Shown here: positions 25,247-34,620 of the stretch, piece after piece | How the letters are laid out: each line of letters starts with the position of its first letter | Numbering within the stretch: the stretch's first letter is position 1 | IMG/VR virus record: IMGVR_UViG_3300033153_005795 | Coordinates: 1-52,160 of that record | Direction: 5' to 3' (one strand) | Source: a virus | Taxonomy: Duplodnaviria > Caudoviricetes | DNA length: 52,160 nucleotides | Notes under the pieces: model-generated | The model's input: the letters and a program-made list of their open reading frames with translations, nothing else | What the model was told of the DNA's origin: nothing | Databases searched by the model: none | Translations under genes and position numbers: made by a program

Positions 25247-25276
25247 TGTCGGAGGTGGGTATGTAAGGGATAAGGA

Positions 25277-25738
25277 TTAGCTTTCAGATTCCTTATCGGT
25301 GTTTTCTTCCGTATCCAGGACTCTCTCGATGAAGCTGTTCTTATAGCTCTGTTTGTGTTTTTTGCTATAAACCTCTTCGACCCTTACCTGGGCAACCGTC
25401 CCACCTGTGTTTGAGAGGATCTCATCAGCTTCCCGTAGGTTCTTGGCCGGGGTACCTGTCAATGCTTCGGTTGCAGCTTTGAGGAAACCGAATGCCTTGC
25501 TGGTGTAATAACCAACCATAAAGACACGATCCTTGAACGTCCCTTCCTCAATAATCTGTCCGTTCAACCGCCACCACATCAGCTGTGAGCCATCATCCTG
25601 GGTAGAGACACCTTTGTCCGGGGTTAGCAGCAGCACAAGATAATCCCCTTCGGGCGGCATCCATCTACTGTATGCCTCGGCTGCCATATAATCATTGTTG
25701 TACTCATCCAGCAACTTTTCAAACATTACATCGCTCAT
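25277..25738 (-). CDS. ssDNA-binding protein (DUF669-like)
   Basis: PPEGDY motif, OB-fold-like beta pattern, acidic tail; coupled to the Sak4-like gene. Confidence 0.7.
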   Translation of the reverse strand: MSDVMFEKLLDEYNNDYMAAEAYSRWMPPEGDYLVLLLTPDKGVSTQDDGSQLMWWRLNGQIIEEGTFKDRVFMVGYYTSKAFGFLKAATEALTGTPAKNLREADEILSNTGGTVAQVRVEEVYSKKHKQSYKNSFIERVLDTEENTDKESES

Positions 25739-26619
25739 TCTAATTCTCCTTTTCTTGCTTTTTCTACGGCCTTATTATATTCACCGCTAAACTTGTCCCA
25801 CCCACCGATGAGCGGGATCTCTATCTTTGTAGGCATCGCAGGCACTCCCCGTGCTTTCCCTACTCCACTACCCGGAACAGCACGGCTATCCAGGATCCAG
25901 TGCCTTATTATTTTGAGTCCGTTCTTCTTTGGTTTAACAATCTCTTTTCCTCTTACAACAATCGTTTCTGTCTCTTGTTCCGTTTTCTCAAGCATATAAA
26001 TAGTAACATAGAAATCGCTGTTGCGGACAATCTGTGCTGCCAGGGAAGGAAAGATAATTGGCTTCGGTCTTGTCATTTCCTGTCCGGTGCATGGATCGGT
26101 GATAGTTTCCGTAGTCAAATGCCCGATAACAGTCCAGGCGTATCCCGCCATATAAAGACCATACAGATGACTCCAACACCTCGTCTTAAGCAGGTTCCAC
26201 CCCTTCCCTTTACTTCCGTACTCACTAATATCCTCTACGTTATGTTCCAGAGCGAGCTGGTCTGCTATCAAACTCGTCCATTCATCCCCTGTGTCTATGT
26301 TCACTCTCGTAAAACGACGCTTCTTCGCTCCGTTTCCATCTTCCATCAGCTTCTTGAGTATATGCTCGTAATGCTCATATCCCTGTATTGTAACCCGTGC
26401 ACCTCTTCCACCAGGGATAGCATCTGCACCTCCTTCAAAGTCAAGGGTAAGGGAATTGGGAATACTCAAAACAAAAGTAGTTTTCCCTTCCCCCTCTGGT
26501 CCTACTACAAACAACCTCAACTTTTCGGGTGGCCTTGGAGCATAACCGCTTGTAATACCCAACGCTTCGTAATCTACCGGTACATCCATAGGTTTTGTAT
26601 CCACAACCATATTATCCAT
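25735..26619 (-). CDS. Sak4-like AAA_24 ATPase / annealase
   Basis: VVGPEGEGKTTF, LDFEGG, NIDT, YGSKGKGW, VIGH. Confidence 0.85.
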   Translation of the reverse strand: MDNMVVDTKPMDVPVDYEALGITSGYAPRPPEKLRLFVVGPEGEGKTTFVLSIPNSLTLDFEGGADAIPGGRGARVTIQGYEHYEHILKKLMEDGNGAKKRRFTRVNIDTGDEWTSLIADQLALEHNVEDISEYGSKGKGWNLLKTRCWSHLYGLYMAGYAWTVIGHLTTETITDPCTGQEMTRPKPIIFPSLAAQIVRNSDFYVTIYMLEKTEQETETIVVRGKEIVKPKKNGLKIIRHWILDSRAVPGSGVGKARGVPAMPTKIEIPLIGGWDKFSGEYNKAVEKARKGELE

Positions 26620-26643
26620 CTTGTCTGCTCCTTTCTTTCGTTC

Positions 26644-27027
26644 CTATTTCTTATCTGCAAATAAGTGCAGCAGCAGGACAACCACGAGCCACGGCAATGC
26701 CGCCTGCAACCCTGCAATCACACCATACTGTTTGAATGTCATCGTGAAAGTGTATGTCAGCAGTGCTGCCAGCACCGGATAGTCAATCTTCTTCGGCCAC
26801 AATCTTTGTATCCACTGGCTTATCGTCTGCCGCCTTCTGATAACAAGATACAAATCAATAACTCCCGCAGCAATCAATGCTCCGTATGCCAATCCCGTCT
26901 CGGCCATCCACGTCAGCACCAACGCTACCACCAGCAACCCTGCCCCAATCTTCGTTCCGGAAGCTTCAACCACATGCCCTACCTTTTTAATCCATTCACT
27001 CTTCATTTTAGCCCTTTCCGTTTCCAT
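26644..27027 (-). CDS. Multi-pass membrane protein (holin candidate)
   Basis: About 4 hydrophobic helices. Confidence 0.6.
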   Translation of the reverse strand: METERAKMKSEWIKKVGHVVEASGTKIGAGLLVVALVLTWMAETGLAYGALIAAGVIDLYLVIRRRQTISQWIQRLWPKKIDYPVLAALLTYTFTMTFKQYGVIAGLQAALPWLVVVLLLHLFADKK

Positions 27028-27502
27028 TCTGATTTCGTTCTTTCTGGTATTCTACTGCTTTCCATACCAATACAGCAATAGTAACCACAATCATACCAAG
27101 TACACAATACTCCGCATATCTCGTAACTGTTATCAACAGAAACAATCCGCCTATACTCGCTGCTGGTATCACCCATCCATACCTTGACCGTGTAAATCCC
27201 CAGAAAACCAATCCCCCCACAAACATCACAAACATAGCAGAATACAAAAACGCACTCTGGGTCTGAATGGCAGCCAACCGGCCTTGTGCTGTCCTCATAT
27301 TCTCTGCTGCCTGCTTGGCCAGGGTATCAGCAGCTTTACCTGTGGCACTAATAACAGGAACAACAGGAGCATCGTTGGGATCACACTTGTTGCCAGCGAC
27401 GCCCCACCGCTGGATATTCAGCTTGCTTTCCTGTTCACAACCCGCTACTGTCGCCAGTACCCACACCATCGTCAGTATCCACAGTACCCTCATCATTTTC
27501 AT
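27008..27502 (-). CDS. Lipoprotein with C-terminal TM helices
   Basis: Signal peptide ending LATVAG-C lipobox; three TM segments near the C-terminus. Confidence 0.65.
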   Translation of the reverse strand: MKMMRVLWILTMVWVLATVAGCEQESKLNIQRWGVAGNKCDPNDAPVVPVISATGKAADTLAKQAAENMRTAQGRLAAIQTQSAFLYSAMFVMFVGGLVFWGFTRSRYGWVIPAASIGGLFLLITVTRYAEYCVLGMIVVTIAVLVWKAVEYQKERNQNGNGKG

Positions 27503-28496
27503 TTACCTCCAGTATGTCAAACTCCCGCTCTATTATACTCGGCCATCCCCTCATATCACTAACACACAAATCATAATAAGGACATACCCTATTATACTCT
27601 TTACAGTACGATCTCGTAATATCTCTCTCGAAAGTCTCCGGTATCATCGGTTGTAGCAGATAGTCGTCTATTCTTTGCAGAGCAGCTCGAAGTTCCAGAG
27701 GGTATATCGGCTCGGTAAAGACTATCCCTTTTGCAATCATTGCCAGGTCCTCTTGTCCATCATACCACTGCTCCACTCGTTTTAGGTAGCGATTAAACCC
27801 TTCTTTATCTTTGGTAGTAGGGCAATACTTAATAGTAGGTGTACGGCATATATCGAGGATGATGCCCCGCAGCTTGCCTTTCTTATATGACTCTTCATTC
27901 TCTTTCAGCCAGAGATCCGTAATCAATCTATAGAATCTGCAGGCTGTTGACCACGCATATCCAGTCAGTACCAAATTCAAGCTCTGTGCGGTAGTCTTTA
28001 TGTCCCGGATCCAGTATTCTCCGGTACTCTTATTGCGTACCAGTCTATCCAGGCGTCCTTTCCATATATGTCTCTTCGGTGTGTCCCGATGCCTTACCTT
28101 GATTGTCAGTTCGCACGCCACGGTTTCCAGGTCATCAGGCTGCTTGAATTTATGCCAGAATATCTCGGCCATTACAAGTGCTTTATGAAATAAATCCGAC
28201 AAATCTTGGGCAGTCCGGGTCAGGTCTCCCGTCAGATCTTCCCCTTTTCGTATTCGCTCCATCAATACCTTCTGTTCTTCGGCAACTTCTTTCCTCACAG
28301 TTTCCACTTCTGCGGGGCCAAGTTCCAGTAGCCGATGAAACAATTTTCCTACTCTTGGGCTGGGAGCATAAGGACTAATCTTGGGAACCAGTCCCCATCT
28401 ATACCTGTACAGAAAACGCCTCTGACATCGCAATCCACAGTTGATCATCGAGGGACTGATTGGTGCATTTATATCCTTTAGCTCTTCAAGTTTCAT
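27435..28496 (-). CDS. PD-(D/E)XK Cas4/RecB-like exonuclease
   Basis: SPS..RCQRRF, GKLFH, GRLDRL, IRDIKT, C-terminal C..CPYYDLC. Confidence 0.85.
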   Translation of the reverse strand: MKLEELKDINAPISPSMINCGLRCQRRFLYRYRWGLVPKISPYAPSPRVGKLFHRLLELGPAEVETVRKEVAEEQKVLMERIRKGEDLTGDLTRTAQDLSDLFHKALVMAEIFWHKFKQPDDLETVACELTIKVRHRDTPKRHIWKGRLDRLVRNKSTGEYWIRDIKTTAQSLNLVLTGYAWSTACRFYRLITDLWLKENEESYKKGKLRGIILDICRTPTIKYCPTTKDKEGFNRYLKRVEQWYDGQEDLAMIAKGIVFTEPIYPLELRAALQRIDDYLLQPMIPETFERDITRSYCKEYNRVCPYYDLCVSDMRGWPSIIEREFDILEVNENDEGTVDTDDGVGTGDSSGL

Positions 28497-28514
28497 TCCG
28501 CCGTATCTCCTTTC

Positions 28515-28835
28515 TTATTCTGTTATCCACGCCTTCCGGGGACGAAAGAGGATATAAGGTTCGAGATTAAGAGCGTCCAGCAACCCAACCAACTGACTCA
28601 ACCTCAAATCGTTCGATAGCACTTGCTGTCGTGTCTCCGACTCTGTAAAGCCTAACCTCTCGGCCAGTGCCGCAAATGTTATACCATCTTCTTCCATCAG
28701 ACTACGTATATCATTGGCGAGCCTAACTCGCATCCTTTCATAAGCTGCTTCCTTCTGCCTCTCCCGCAAAACCGCCGCCGTAGTTACTGTCGGTGTGTCT
28801 ATCAAAGTACCCCGCATCCGGTTCTTCTTGTCCAT
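28515..28835 (-). CDS. XRE/Cro-like HTH regulator
   Basis: IRSLMEEDGITFAALAERLGFTES..LRLSQLVGLLDAL; GGAG SD before ATG 28835. Confidence 0.75.
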   Translation of the reverse strand: MDKKNRMRGTLIDTPTVTTAAVLRERQKEAAYERMRVRLANDIRSLMEEDGITFAALAERLGFTESETRQQVLSNDLRLSQLVGLLDALNLEPYILFRPRKAWITE

Positions 28836-29067
28836 TGTCTCCATCCTTTCCATCTCTAATCCCAACATCAAAATGTATTGTAGTCCGACCCCTTTTAGCC
28901 CTCGCTGCTGCAACAACTTCGCTCATTTTGGCATGCAGGTTTCTGTCCACGATCACTTCCGCATTGTCCGCAAATAGAAACCCCTCTTCCGACAAATCTC
29001 GTGTATCAGGGATTATTACAATCGGTATGCCATCCTTTGCCTCTTTCATACTCTTCCTTCCTTTCAT
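28738..29067 (-). CDS. Hypothetical protein
   Basis: ORF after the 29122-29151 stem; its tail overlaps the HTH gene. Confidence 0.55.
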   Translation of the reverse strand: MKGRKSMKEAKDGIPIVIIPDTRDLSEEGFLFADNAEVIVDRNLHAKMSEVVAAARAKRGRTTIHFDVGIRDGKDGDNGQEEPDAGYFDRHTDSNYGGGFAGEAEGSSL

Positions 29068-29121
29068 CTTGAGTTAATGATTTCCTTATAACCAATACCC
29101 ACCTTTAGAAATACAGAGATA

Positions 29122-29151
29122 AGGGGCGGCGAAACAGGTTCAACCGCCCCT
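29122..29151 (-). terminator. GC stem-loop in intergenic region
   Basis: Minus-strand AGGGGCGGU ... GCCGCCCCU. Confidence 0.45.
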
Positions 29152-29224
29152 AATCTGCGGGGCACATAGTATGTTACGAACAGAAGAGGAATTTGTTCGC
29201 TATTCGCTAATTTATTTTTTTTAT

Positions 29225-30244
29225 TTACGCACCATCCGTAAAACCAAACAGGATGAGCGTAAATCCACCGTCGGTTTCCAGAATATTTACAGGATTATTA
29301 CGTCCCATCTTGATGGCGTGCGGGAAAAGAACTCCCAGGCCATCGAATACACCACTCGTTGTAAGCACTCCACACGAGATCTTATCTATCATTGGCAGGG
29401 TATGAGGATCAATCGGGATCCCATCATCCACCCAGTTGATATTTGCAAGAGTCGCATCTAATGTACCCCCCGAATCATAAGCGGTGCTGCCGGTTCCTTC
29501 ATCCAATTGCCACAGCATCTCTGCAGAATAGTCTTTATCTTTGGAACCTATACCATTTGCATAGTAGGCAGCTACTCCCGATGCCGACATAGCGGTCCCC
29601 TTCAATACACGAAGAACACTAATATACTGCACTCGTGCGGCGATACCCGTCATAGTCAAATCGCTCCCAGTACCTCCTCCATTCACGTTGCCGGTAACAG
29701 CAGTAGGATCAGCAGAACTATCAACTATTGCATCAATATACAATTTCATACCAGTGCTGACATCTCTATCAACCGTCAGACATATGAAGTGCCAGTTACC
29801 ATCTACCACAGATCTGCTGCCTGTAACCGATGCAGTATGGGTCCCATCCCCAATCGTCGCCTTGATAGTCCCGCTGGATGTAAGTTCTATCACGTACTTA
29901 TCGCTTCCATCTGCTTTCGATAATAGTCCCGACATCGCAGCAACCGCACCAGAATACCATTTGAACCAGAACGAAAGACTAAAATCGCCCGTTCCAAAAC
30001 GTGTATTCGCCGCACTATCTGGAATCGTGATGACTGCATTAGTTCCATAAAGCTGTACACAGCTGCGGCGGATTAGATTGAACCCGTCTCCATCAGCCCC
30101 GCCACTTAAGATAAATCCCGTTATGTAATGACTCAAAGCCGGACCCGGTGCAGCAAGCAGCTCTGTTTTACCAGCACTTCCTCCGTTCAAATGACTTATC
30201 GGCCAGTTATTCCCCGGCTTAATCGGACGTACTTCTTGTGCCAT
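29225..30244 (-). CDS. LamG/concanavalin-like domain protein (probable virion accessory)
   Basis: GDFSLSFWFK, DGNWHFICLTVDR, KLYID, WQLDEGTGSTAYDS. Confidence 0.85.
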   Translation of the reverse strand: MAQEVRPIKPGNNWPISHLNGGSAGKTELLAAPGPALSHYITGFILSGGADGDGFNLIRRSCVQLYGTNAVITIPDSAANTRFGTGDFSLSFWFKWYSGAVAAMSGLLSKADGSDKYVIELTSSGTIKATIGDGTHTASVTGSRSVVDGNWHFICLTVDRDVSTGMKLYIDAIVDSSADPTAVTGNVNGGGTGSDLTMTGIAARVQYISVLRVLKGTAMSASGVAAYYANGIGSKDKDYSAEMLWQLDEGTGSTAYDSGGTLDATLANINWVDDGIPIDPHTLPMIDKISCGVLTTSGVFDGLGVLFPHAIKMGRNNPVNILETDGGFTLILFGFTDGA

Positions 30245-30250
30245 TTTCCT

Positions 30251-30460
30251 CTATCCTTTCTTTTTACGCCTCAACTTACCGAGCGTTTGAGCCAGTACGG
30301 CCTGTCGTTTTGTCTGGATGGATGCCCCGCTTCCTTTAGCCAATACCGACTTGGCATAAGTTGCCACACTTTTACCGGCAGCTTTAGCTTTCTTTCTAAA
30401 TGCCCCTTTATGTTTAATCGCTTTTGCGATCCACTTTCCCTTTCTCTTCTTCTTTGCCAT
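30251..30460 (-). CDS. Small highly basic protein (DNA-condensing candidate)
   Basis: KWIAKAIKHKGAF..AVLAQTL; K/R-rich with no acidic residues. Confidence 0.7.
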   Translation of the reverse strand: MAKKKRKGKWIAKAIKHKGAFRKKAKAAGKSVATYAKSVLAKGSGASIQTKRQAVLAQTLGKLRRKKKG

Positions 30461-30651
30461 TATTTTCCTCTTCGCCCCTTTATTGTTTTACCTACTACGG
30501 CGTTCTTCTTACGTCTCTGAAAACACCCCATTACAAGAGCATAATACCTGTCATCATTCTCGTCTAAATCCGGATGTGATTTGCTGACAGACGCCTTACA
30601 TTCCTTCCAGCGTTCTTCATCTTTTGCGGTTTTGACAACATTAGCAGGCAT
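30460..30651 (-). CDS. Small helical protein (ChaB-like pattern)
   Basis: MP....DEERWKECK...YYALVMGCF; family assignment tentative. Confidence 0.55.
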   Translation of the reverse strand: MPANVVKTAKDEERWKECKASVSKSHPDLDENDDRYYALVMGCFQRRKKNAVVGKTIKGRRGK

Positions 30652-30685
30652 TTTCTACTCATCCATCTACTGTTCATACAGCATT

Positions 30686-31294
30686 CTAACTATCATAATC
30701 ATACATTAGGTCGGGCATTATGTCAAGAGTAGGCTGTATTGCATAGGCCAGCATCAGATGTATCAGTACCGTTCCTGTCTTACGACGAGTGGAAGGAGAT
30801 CTCGATCTCCACGGCAGCCACAATACCCCGAACCTATACTTCGCCAGCACCAGCGACAGGGCAGCTATTATTCGTTCGGGTTCCTTTACCATTTTGTTCC
30901 GGCTGCAGAGTTCGCTGGGAGACGCCTCAATCAGAATATATGGATGTTCACAGGCCGATAATCGCCTAAATGCCCTTGCCTGCCGTACCGAATCAATAGG
31001 ATCAAGCAGGTTCTTCAGGAGCTCAAACTGGCTTGCTTTCCTCTCGACAACACAGCAGTCGGGATATTCAGCCAGCCGGTAGTCTCCGTAGTCCAGTTTT
31101 ATCTTCTGCGTCTTAACCTTAATCGCCAGGGTACGACGCAGTGTCCTTTCGGGGTGAGGAATTTTGATAGTCGATGGGAACAATACAGGATACTGTTCCC
31201 GACTATCAATCTCCACAATAACTTCCTGCGGAATCTTATATCTACTGTATATTTCCGGGACTGCTGGGGTAGCTGGCATATATTGTCTCCTCAT
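30686..31294 (-). CDS. ERCC4/XPF-type nuclease (resolvase candidate)
   Basis: IDSREQ, LDYGDY, VVERKAS motifs. Confidence 0.85.
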   Translation of the reverse strand: MRRQYMPATPAVPEIYSRYKIPQEVIVEIDSREQYPVLFPSTIKIPHPERTLRRTLAIKVKTQKIKLDYGDYRLAEYPDCCVVERKASQFELLKNLLDPIDSVRQARAFRRLSACEHPYILIEASPSELCSRNKMVKEPERIIAALSLVLAKYRFGVLWLPWRSRSPSTRRKTGTVLIHLMLAYAIQPTLDIMPDLMYDYDS

Positions 31295-33851
31295 ATTCTA
31301 TTGGAATTGTTCTTCCTGTCCATTCTTCTATTACTGCTAACAGTGGTGGACGCCGCAACGTTTTATCTACTAACACACGTACCTCGTCTATCTCCTCGGT
31401 AGGTATATCAAGCAGCAATGAGTCATAAGTATTAGATACCATCTTGGTACTCCATCGTCGTCTCTTAATGCCCCGCAGAATCTCGAACTGTGCACTCTGG
31501 AATAACTGTGCACTCAACGTTTGAATAGGGAAATTACATATCTCGTTTAGATATGTATCTGTTCCCCTACCTGTCGCAAATGTCCTGCTCCAGCCGGTGG
31601 GCAATTCCATATAACCTTTCTGTCGCACATCCTCGATTAGTCTATCCTGCCATTCTCTAAAGTGGTGGTGCAGGGAATACCACCTGTCGATTGTAGCTCG
31701 GCAGAATCGAAGGTCCAATTCTATCCCGACCTTGTTGCGGGCAGTTTCCTGGTATTTTCTGGGGCCGCCCCGATAGAGAACCAGGAAGTTCAGAGTTTTC
31801 AGCAGATGTCTTTCCCGTGAATTCTTAATGTCCGGACGTGTCAGGTCGAGATCCGGGAAGATAATCGGGGCATCCTGCAGGTGTAAATCTAATCCCTTCT
31901 CGTATGCCTCCATCAATAAAGGATCCCCGGACTGTAAAGCTGCCATCCGCAATTCAATCTGGGAAAGATCAAAACCAGCGAGGATTCCTCGTTTATGCCG
32001 TGTAGTAAGGCAACCCATAATTTGTTTCGGAAACGTAGGTATAGACGGTTTCTGTGCACTAAACCTACCCTGAATTGTACCACCCCCCTTTTCTTCGCTG
32101 CTTGCTCCTCGTGAATGATAACCAGGCATCGGATACCACGTAGGATGGGCAAAGGAAACACGACCGTCTTTGTACGTTAATCCTTTTCGTTTATCCGTCA
32201 AGAGAGGAGTTGTAAAACTATCTACAAGCTTGCTTGCCGCCCGATGCTCCTGTAACTTTTCGAGCTGCAATCTGCGGGGCCCAGCAGGTAACTTATCAAG
32301 AAGCAATGCTATGTTCTCCTTTTTTATAGCAATCTCTTTTGTTTTCCGTGTGAACATAACCCGCTTATCATTAAGCAGACCACATTCTTCCAGGGATTCC
32401 CCGATGAAGTTTCGTAGTGATTTACTGGATCCTTCTCCCTGTGCAATAATTCCTTCCCTCTCCAGCTCTGAAAAGATAGCTTCTCTTTTTTCTGTAAGCT
32501 GTGTATGCAGGGCCGTAAGCCTTTCTGTATCAAACGCAACCCCGTCCTGTTCGAGCTGGAAGGTATCCCAGATGATGGCATTCCGAAGATCTGCACACTC
32601 TTTTGTCAGCTTAAAACTATCTTCCCCATACCTCTCCTTGATTCGTGCCCAACATTCTTCATACAGCACGAGAGTAGCAGCAGAATCGAGGCAGTTATAA
32701 TAATTCTCCTCCGGATCCCACGCACTCTTTGCTCTTCCGAGTATATCTTTCACTCCGTTGTAATCTGCGATACCAAACAAGGTTGCTCTTTCTTTCAGTC
32801 CCTGCTCCGGTTGCTGTTCATATAACAGAAATCCTACCAGCAACGTATCGTCAACCCGCAGGCGTAAGGGATTTATCCAGTAGAAAAGTTCCTTGTCGGC
32901 GGCGGCCTGATATAACAAATCGTATTTCAAGTTCTGACCGATAAGAAGCCGCTTGTTTGTAGAAATCAGACGGAACCACTCACGGATTCGCTCACGATGT
33001 ACACCATTTTTGAAAACGTATAGTGGTGTTTTGATGTCGCCTTTTTCATCTCGATAGGCAAACGCAACTGTAACAACCTGATCTTCATATTCTACACCAT
33101 CTACAATCTTCGATTTAATTGGAACAAAAACCGTCTGTTCTTTTCCGGCGAGAATACCATAAGTCTCTATATCGACTGCGGTTACGTCAGGACACGTAGT
33201 CGGCAGTTTCGCTCCTACCTCTGGTATTACCATTAGTGCATTGGGTATGAATTCGCCCCGCAGATAGCGGCTGACTAAATCGAAATGGGCCTGCACTGCT
33301 CTTACAAGTGCAGGTTTTCTGCTCGGATGTAAGATTGCAGGATGATAAGTGAAGAAGCAAGCCTTCACATCTATGCCCGGATCTGTTGCTTTGCAGCCCT
33401 GGTATCGGAAGGCTTCCTTGAGGCTCGAAAATCCCTCTATACTATAGGCGGCAGGAAGTCCACACGCCAGGATAATGATCTCTTCGTATTCCTTTCGCAG
33501 CCGTTTTATATCTTCTATCAGGTGTTTATGGCACGCCTTAATCTGGCTATTCCGTGGCTTGCTGCCCTGTGGAACAACACACCGGCAGGTGTTGGTTAAA
33601 TAGATGTCTGCATATTCCGCAAAACCTATGTTGTCGAGGAATTTCTCCAGTAGCTTACCGGCATATCCAATCCAGATCTTTCCCTGTCTATCCTCGTTTT
33701 TACCTGGAGATTGTCCTACTACCAGCAGGGCTTTTTTCTTTCCGGTAACTGCGTACGGTCTTGTTGGAAGCCCCGGATGCTCGGCAGCCTCGTGCAGCGG
33801 ACAATCCGTACAATTTGTACAATCGACAAATTCAATCATTCGATTCTCCAT
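31242..33851 (-). CDS. polA: Family A DNA polymerase with N-terminal uracil-DNA-glycosylase-like domain
   Basis: UDG family-4-like (CTDCPL, VGQSPG, TN..RC, YHPA); 3'-5' exo (DIET, NLKYD, YNCLD); motif A DLSQIELR; motif B KTLNFLVLY; motif C TYDS. Confidence 0.92.
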   Translation of the reverse strand: MENRMIEFVDCTNCTDCPLHEAAEHPGLPTRPYAVTGKKKALLVVGQSPGKNEDRQGKIWIGYAGKLLEKFLDNIGFAEYADIYLTNTCRCVVPQGSKPRNSQIKACHKHLIEDIKRLRKEYEEIIILACGLPAAYSIEGFSSLKEAFRYQGCKATDPGIDVKACFFTYHPAILHPSRKPALVRAVQAHFDLVSRYLRGEFIPNALMVIPEVGAKLPTTCPDVTAVDIETYGILAGKEQTVFVPIKSKIVDGVEYEDQVVTVAFAYRDEKGDIKTPLYVFKNGVHRERIREWFRLISTNKRLLIGQNLKYDLLYQAAADKELFYWINPLRLRVDDTLLVGFLLYEQQPEQGLKERATLFGIADYNGVKDILGRAKSAWDPEENYYNCLDSAATLVLYEECWARIKERYGEDSFKLTKECADLRNAIIWDTFQLEQDGVAFDTERLTALHTQLTEKREAIFSELEREGIIAQGEGSSKSLRNFIGESLEECGLLNDKRVMFTRKTKEIAIKKENIALLLDKLPAGPRRLQLEKLQEHRAASKLVDSFTTPLLTDKRKGLTYKDGRVSFAHPTWYPMPGYHSRGASSEEKGGGTIQGRFSAQKPSIPTFPKQIMGCLTTRHKRGILAGFDLSQIELRMAALQSGDPLLMEAYEKGLDLHLQDAPIIFPDLDLTRPDIKNSRERHLLKTLNFLVLYRGGPRKYQETARNKVGIELDLRFCRATIDRWYSLHHHFREWQDRLIEDVRQKGYMELPTGWSRTFATGRGTDTYLNEICNFPIQTLSAQLFQSAQFEILRGIKRRRWSTKMVSNTYDSLLLDIPTEEIDEVRVLVDKTLRRPPLLAVIEEWTGRTIPIEYEETIYASYPSSPGNIQ

Positions 33852-34398
33852 TCTCTAATCTAATATCGCTCTCTACTTCGTTGCCCCACACATCCCAACC
33901 TTCTGCCTTTTCTCTTGCAAAGAGTTCTATACGAGGCAAATCACCAACGAGCTGGACTATTCTATCTCTAACCTCCGCCGGCTTCTGACTATGCCTTTCT
34001 CGTGGAGATACTACAATCTCCCTCACACTTCTGTTTATCCGTTTAGGAGAACCTTTTGTAGCCAGGAGAACGAACTCTGTATTCTTCCTTGTCCAGTAGC
34101 CCAATCCACAGAAAAAACCTTTACCCGATGGGTTTTGCTTTACCCACACAAAGCCATCCGTTTTATACTCGAAACCCCACGCTTCGATAACCTGCAAGGC
34201 TTCTTTAAGTTTGGGCCAGGTTGCCCATAAAAATAAGATGCAATCCTTATCGGCAATCTCCCTGACTGGCAGCGAGCAAATATCTCCCAGCTCCATGGTC
34301 GGATAATACTGATCAGAACTTCTACCAGAACCAGTACCATAACACCACACCCGATATTTCCAAGGCGGGTCAGCATAGATTATTTGGTATTTCTTCAT
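33832..34398 (-). CDS. MT-A70 family adenine methyltransferase
   Basis: IIYADPPW, LFLWAT, WGFEYK, HSQKP, IELFAR, WDVWGNE. Confidence 0.93.
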   Translation of the reverse strand: MKKYQIIYADPPWKYRVWCYGTGSGRSSDQYYPTMELGDICSLPVREIADKDCILFLWATWPKLKEALQVIEAWGFEYKTDGFVWVKQNPSGKGFFCGLGYWTRKNTEFVLLATKGSPKRINRSVREIVVSPRERHSQKPAEVRDRIVQLVGDLPRIELFAREKAEGWDVWGNEVESDIRLENGESND

Positions 34399-34404
34399 AT
34401 TCGA

Positions 34405-34611
34405 CTACCAGCTTGTAAATCCACAGGCCCGCAGAAAATCATTTCGCTTGAAACCTACGATATTCCCCTCGGCATTATCTGCAATATCTTCTGATATGTA
34501 GTCCAGCGTAAGGTTCACAGGCATAAAGTCCTCTGCACATCGTACGGTTTCGGTGCGGGCTTTTTTAATAATCACCGCAACCTGATTCAGAATCTCTAAT
34601 TCAATATTCAT
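34405..34611 (-). CDS. Small helical phage protein
   Basis: ISEDI..F.R.DFLRACG, similar to 16516..16719. Confidence 0.6.
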   Translation of the reverse strand: MNIELEILNQVAVIIKKARTETVRCAEDFMPVNLTLDYISEDIADNAEGNIVGFKRNDFLRACGFTSW

Positions 34612-34620
34612 TGTCGGCTC

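Noticed and set aside
27435-28496. Cas4-like gene as part of a CRISPR-Cas system
   Set aside because: No array or other cas genes; the Sak4 and SSB context indicates a recombination exonuclease.
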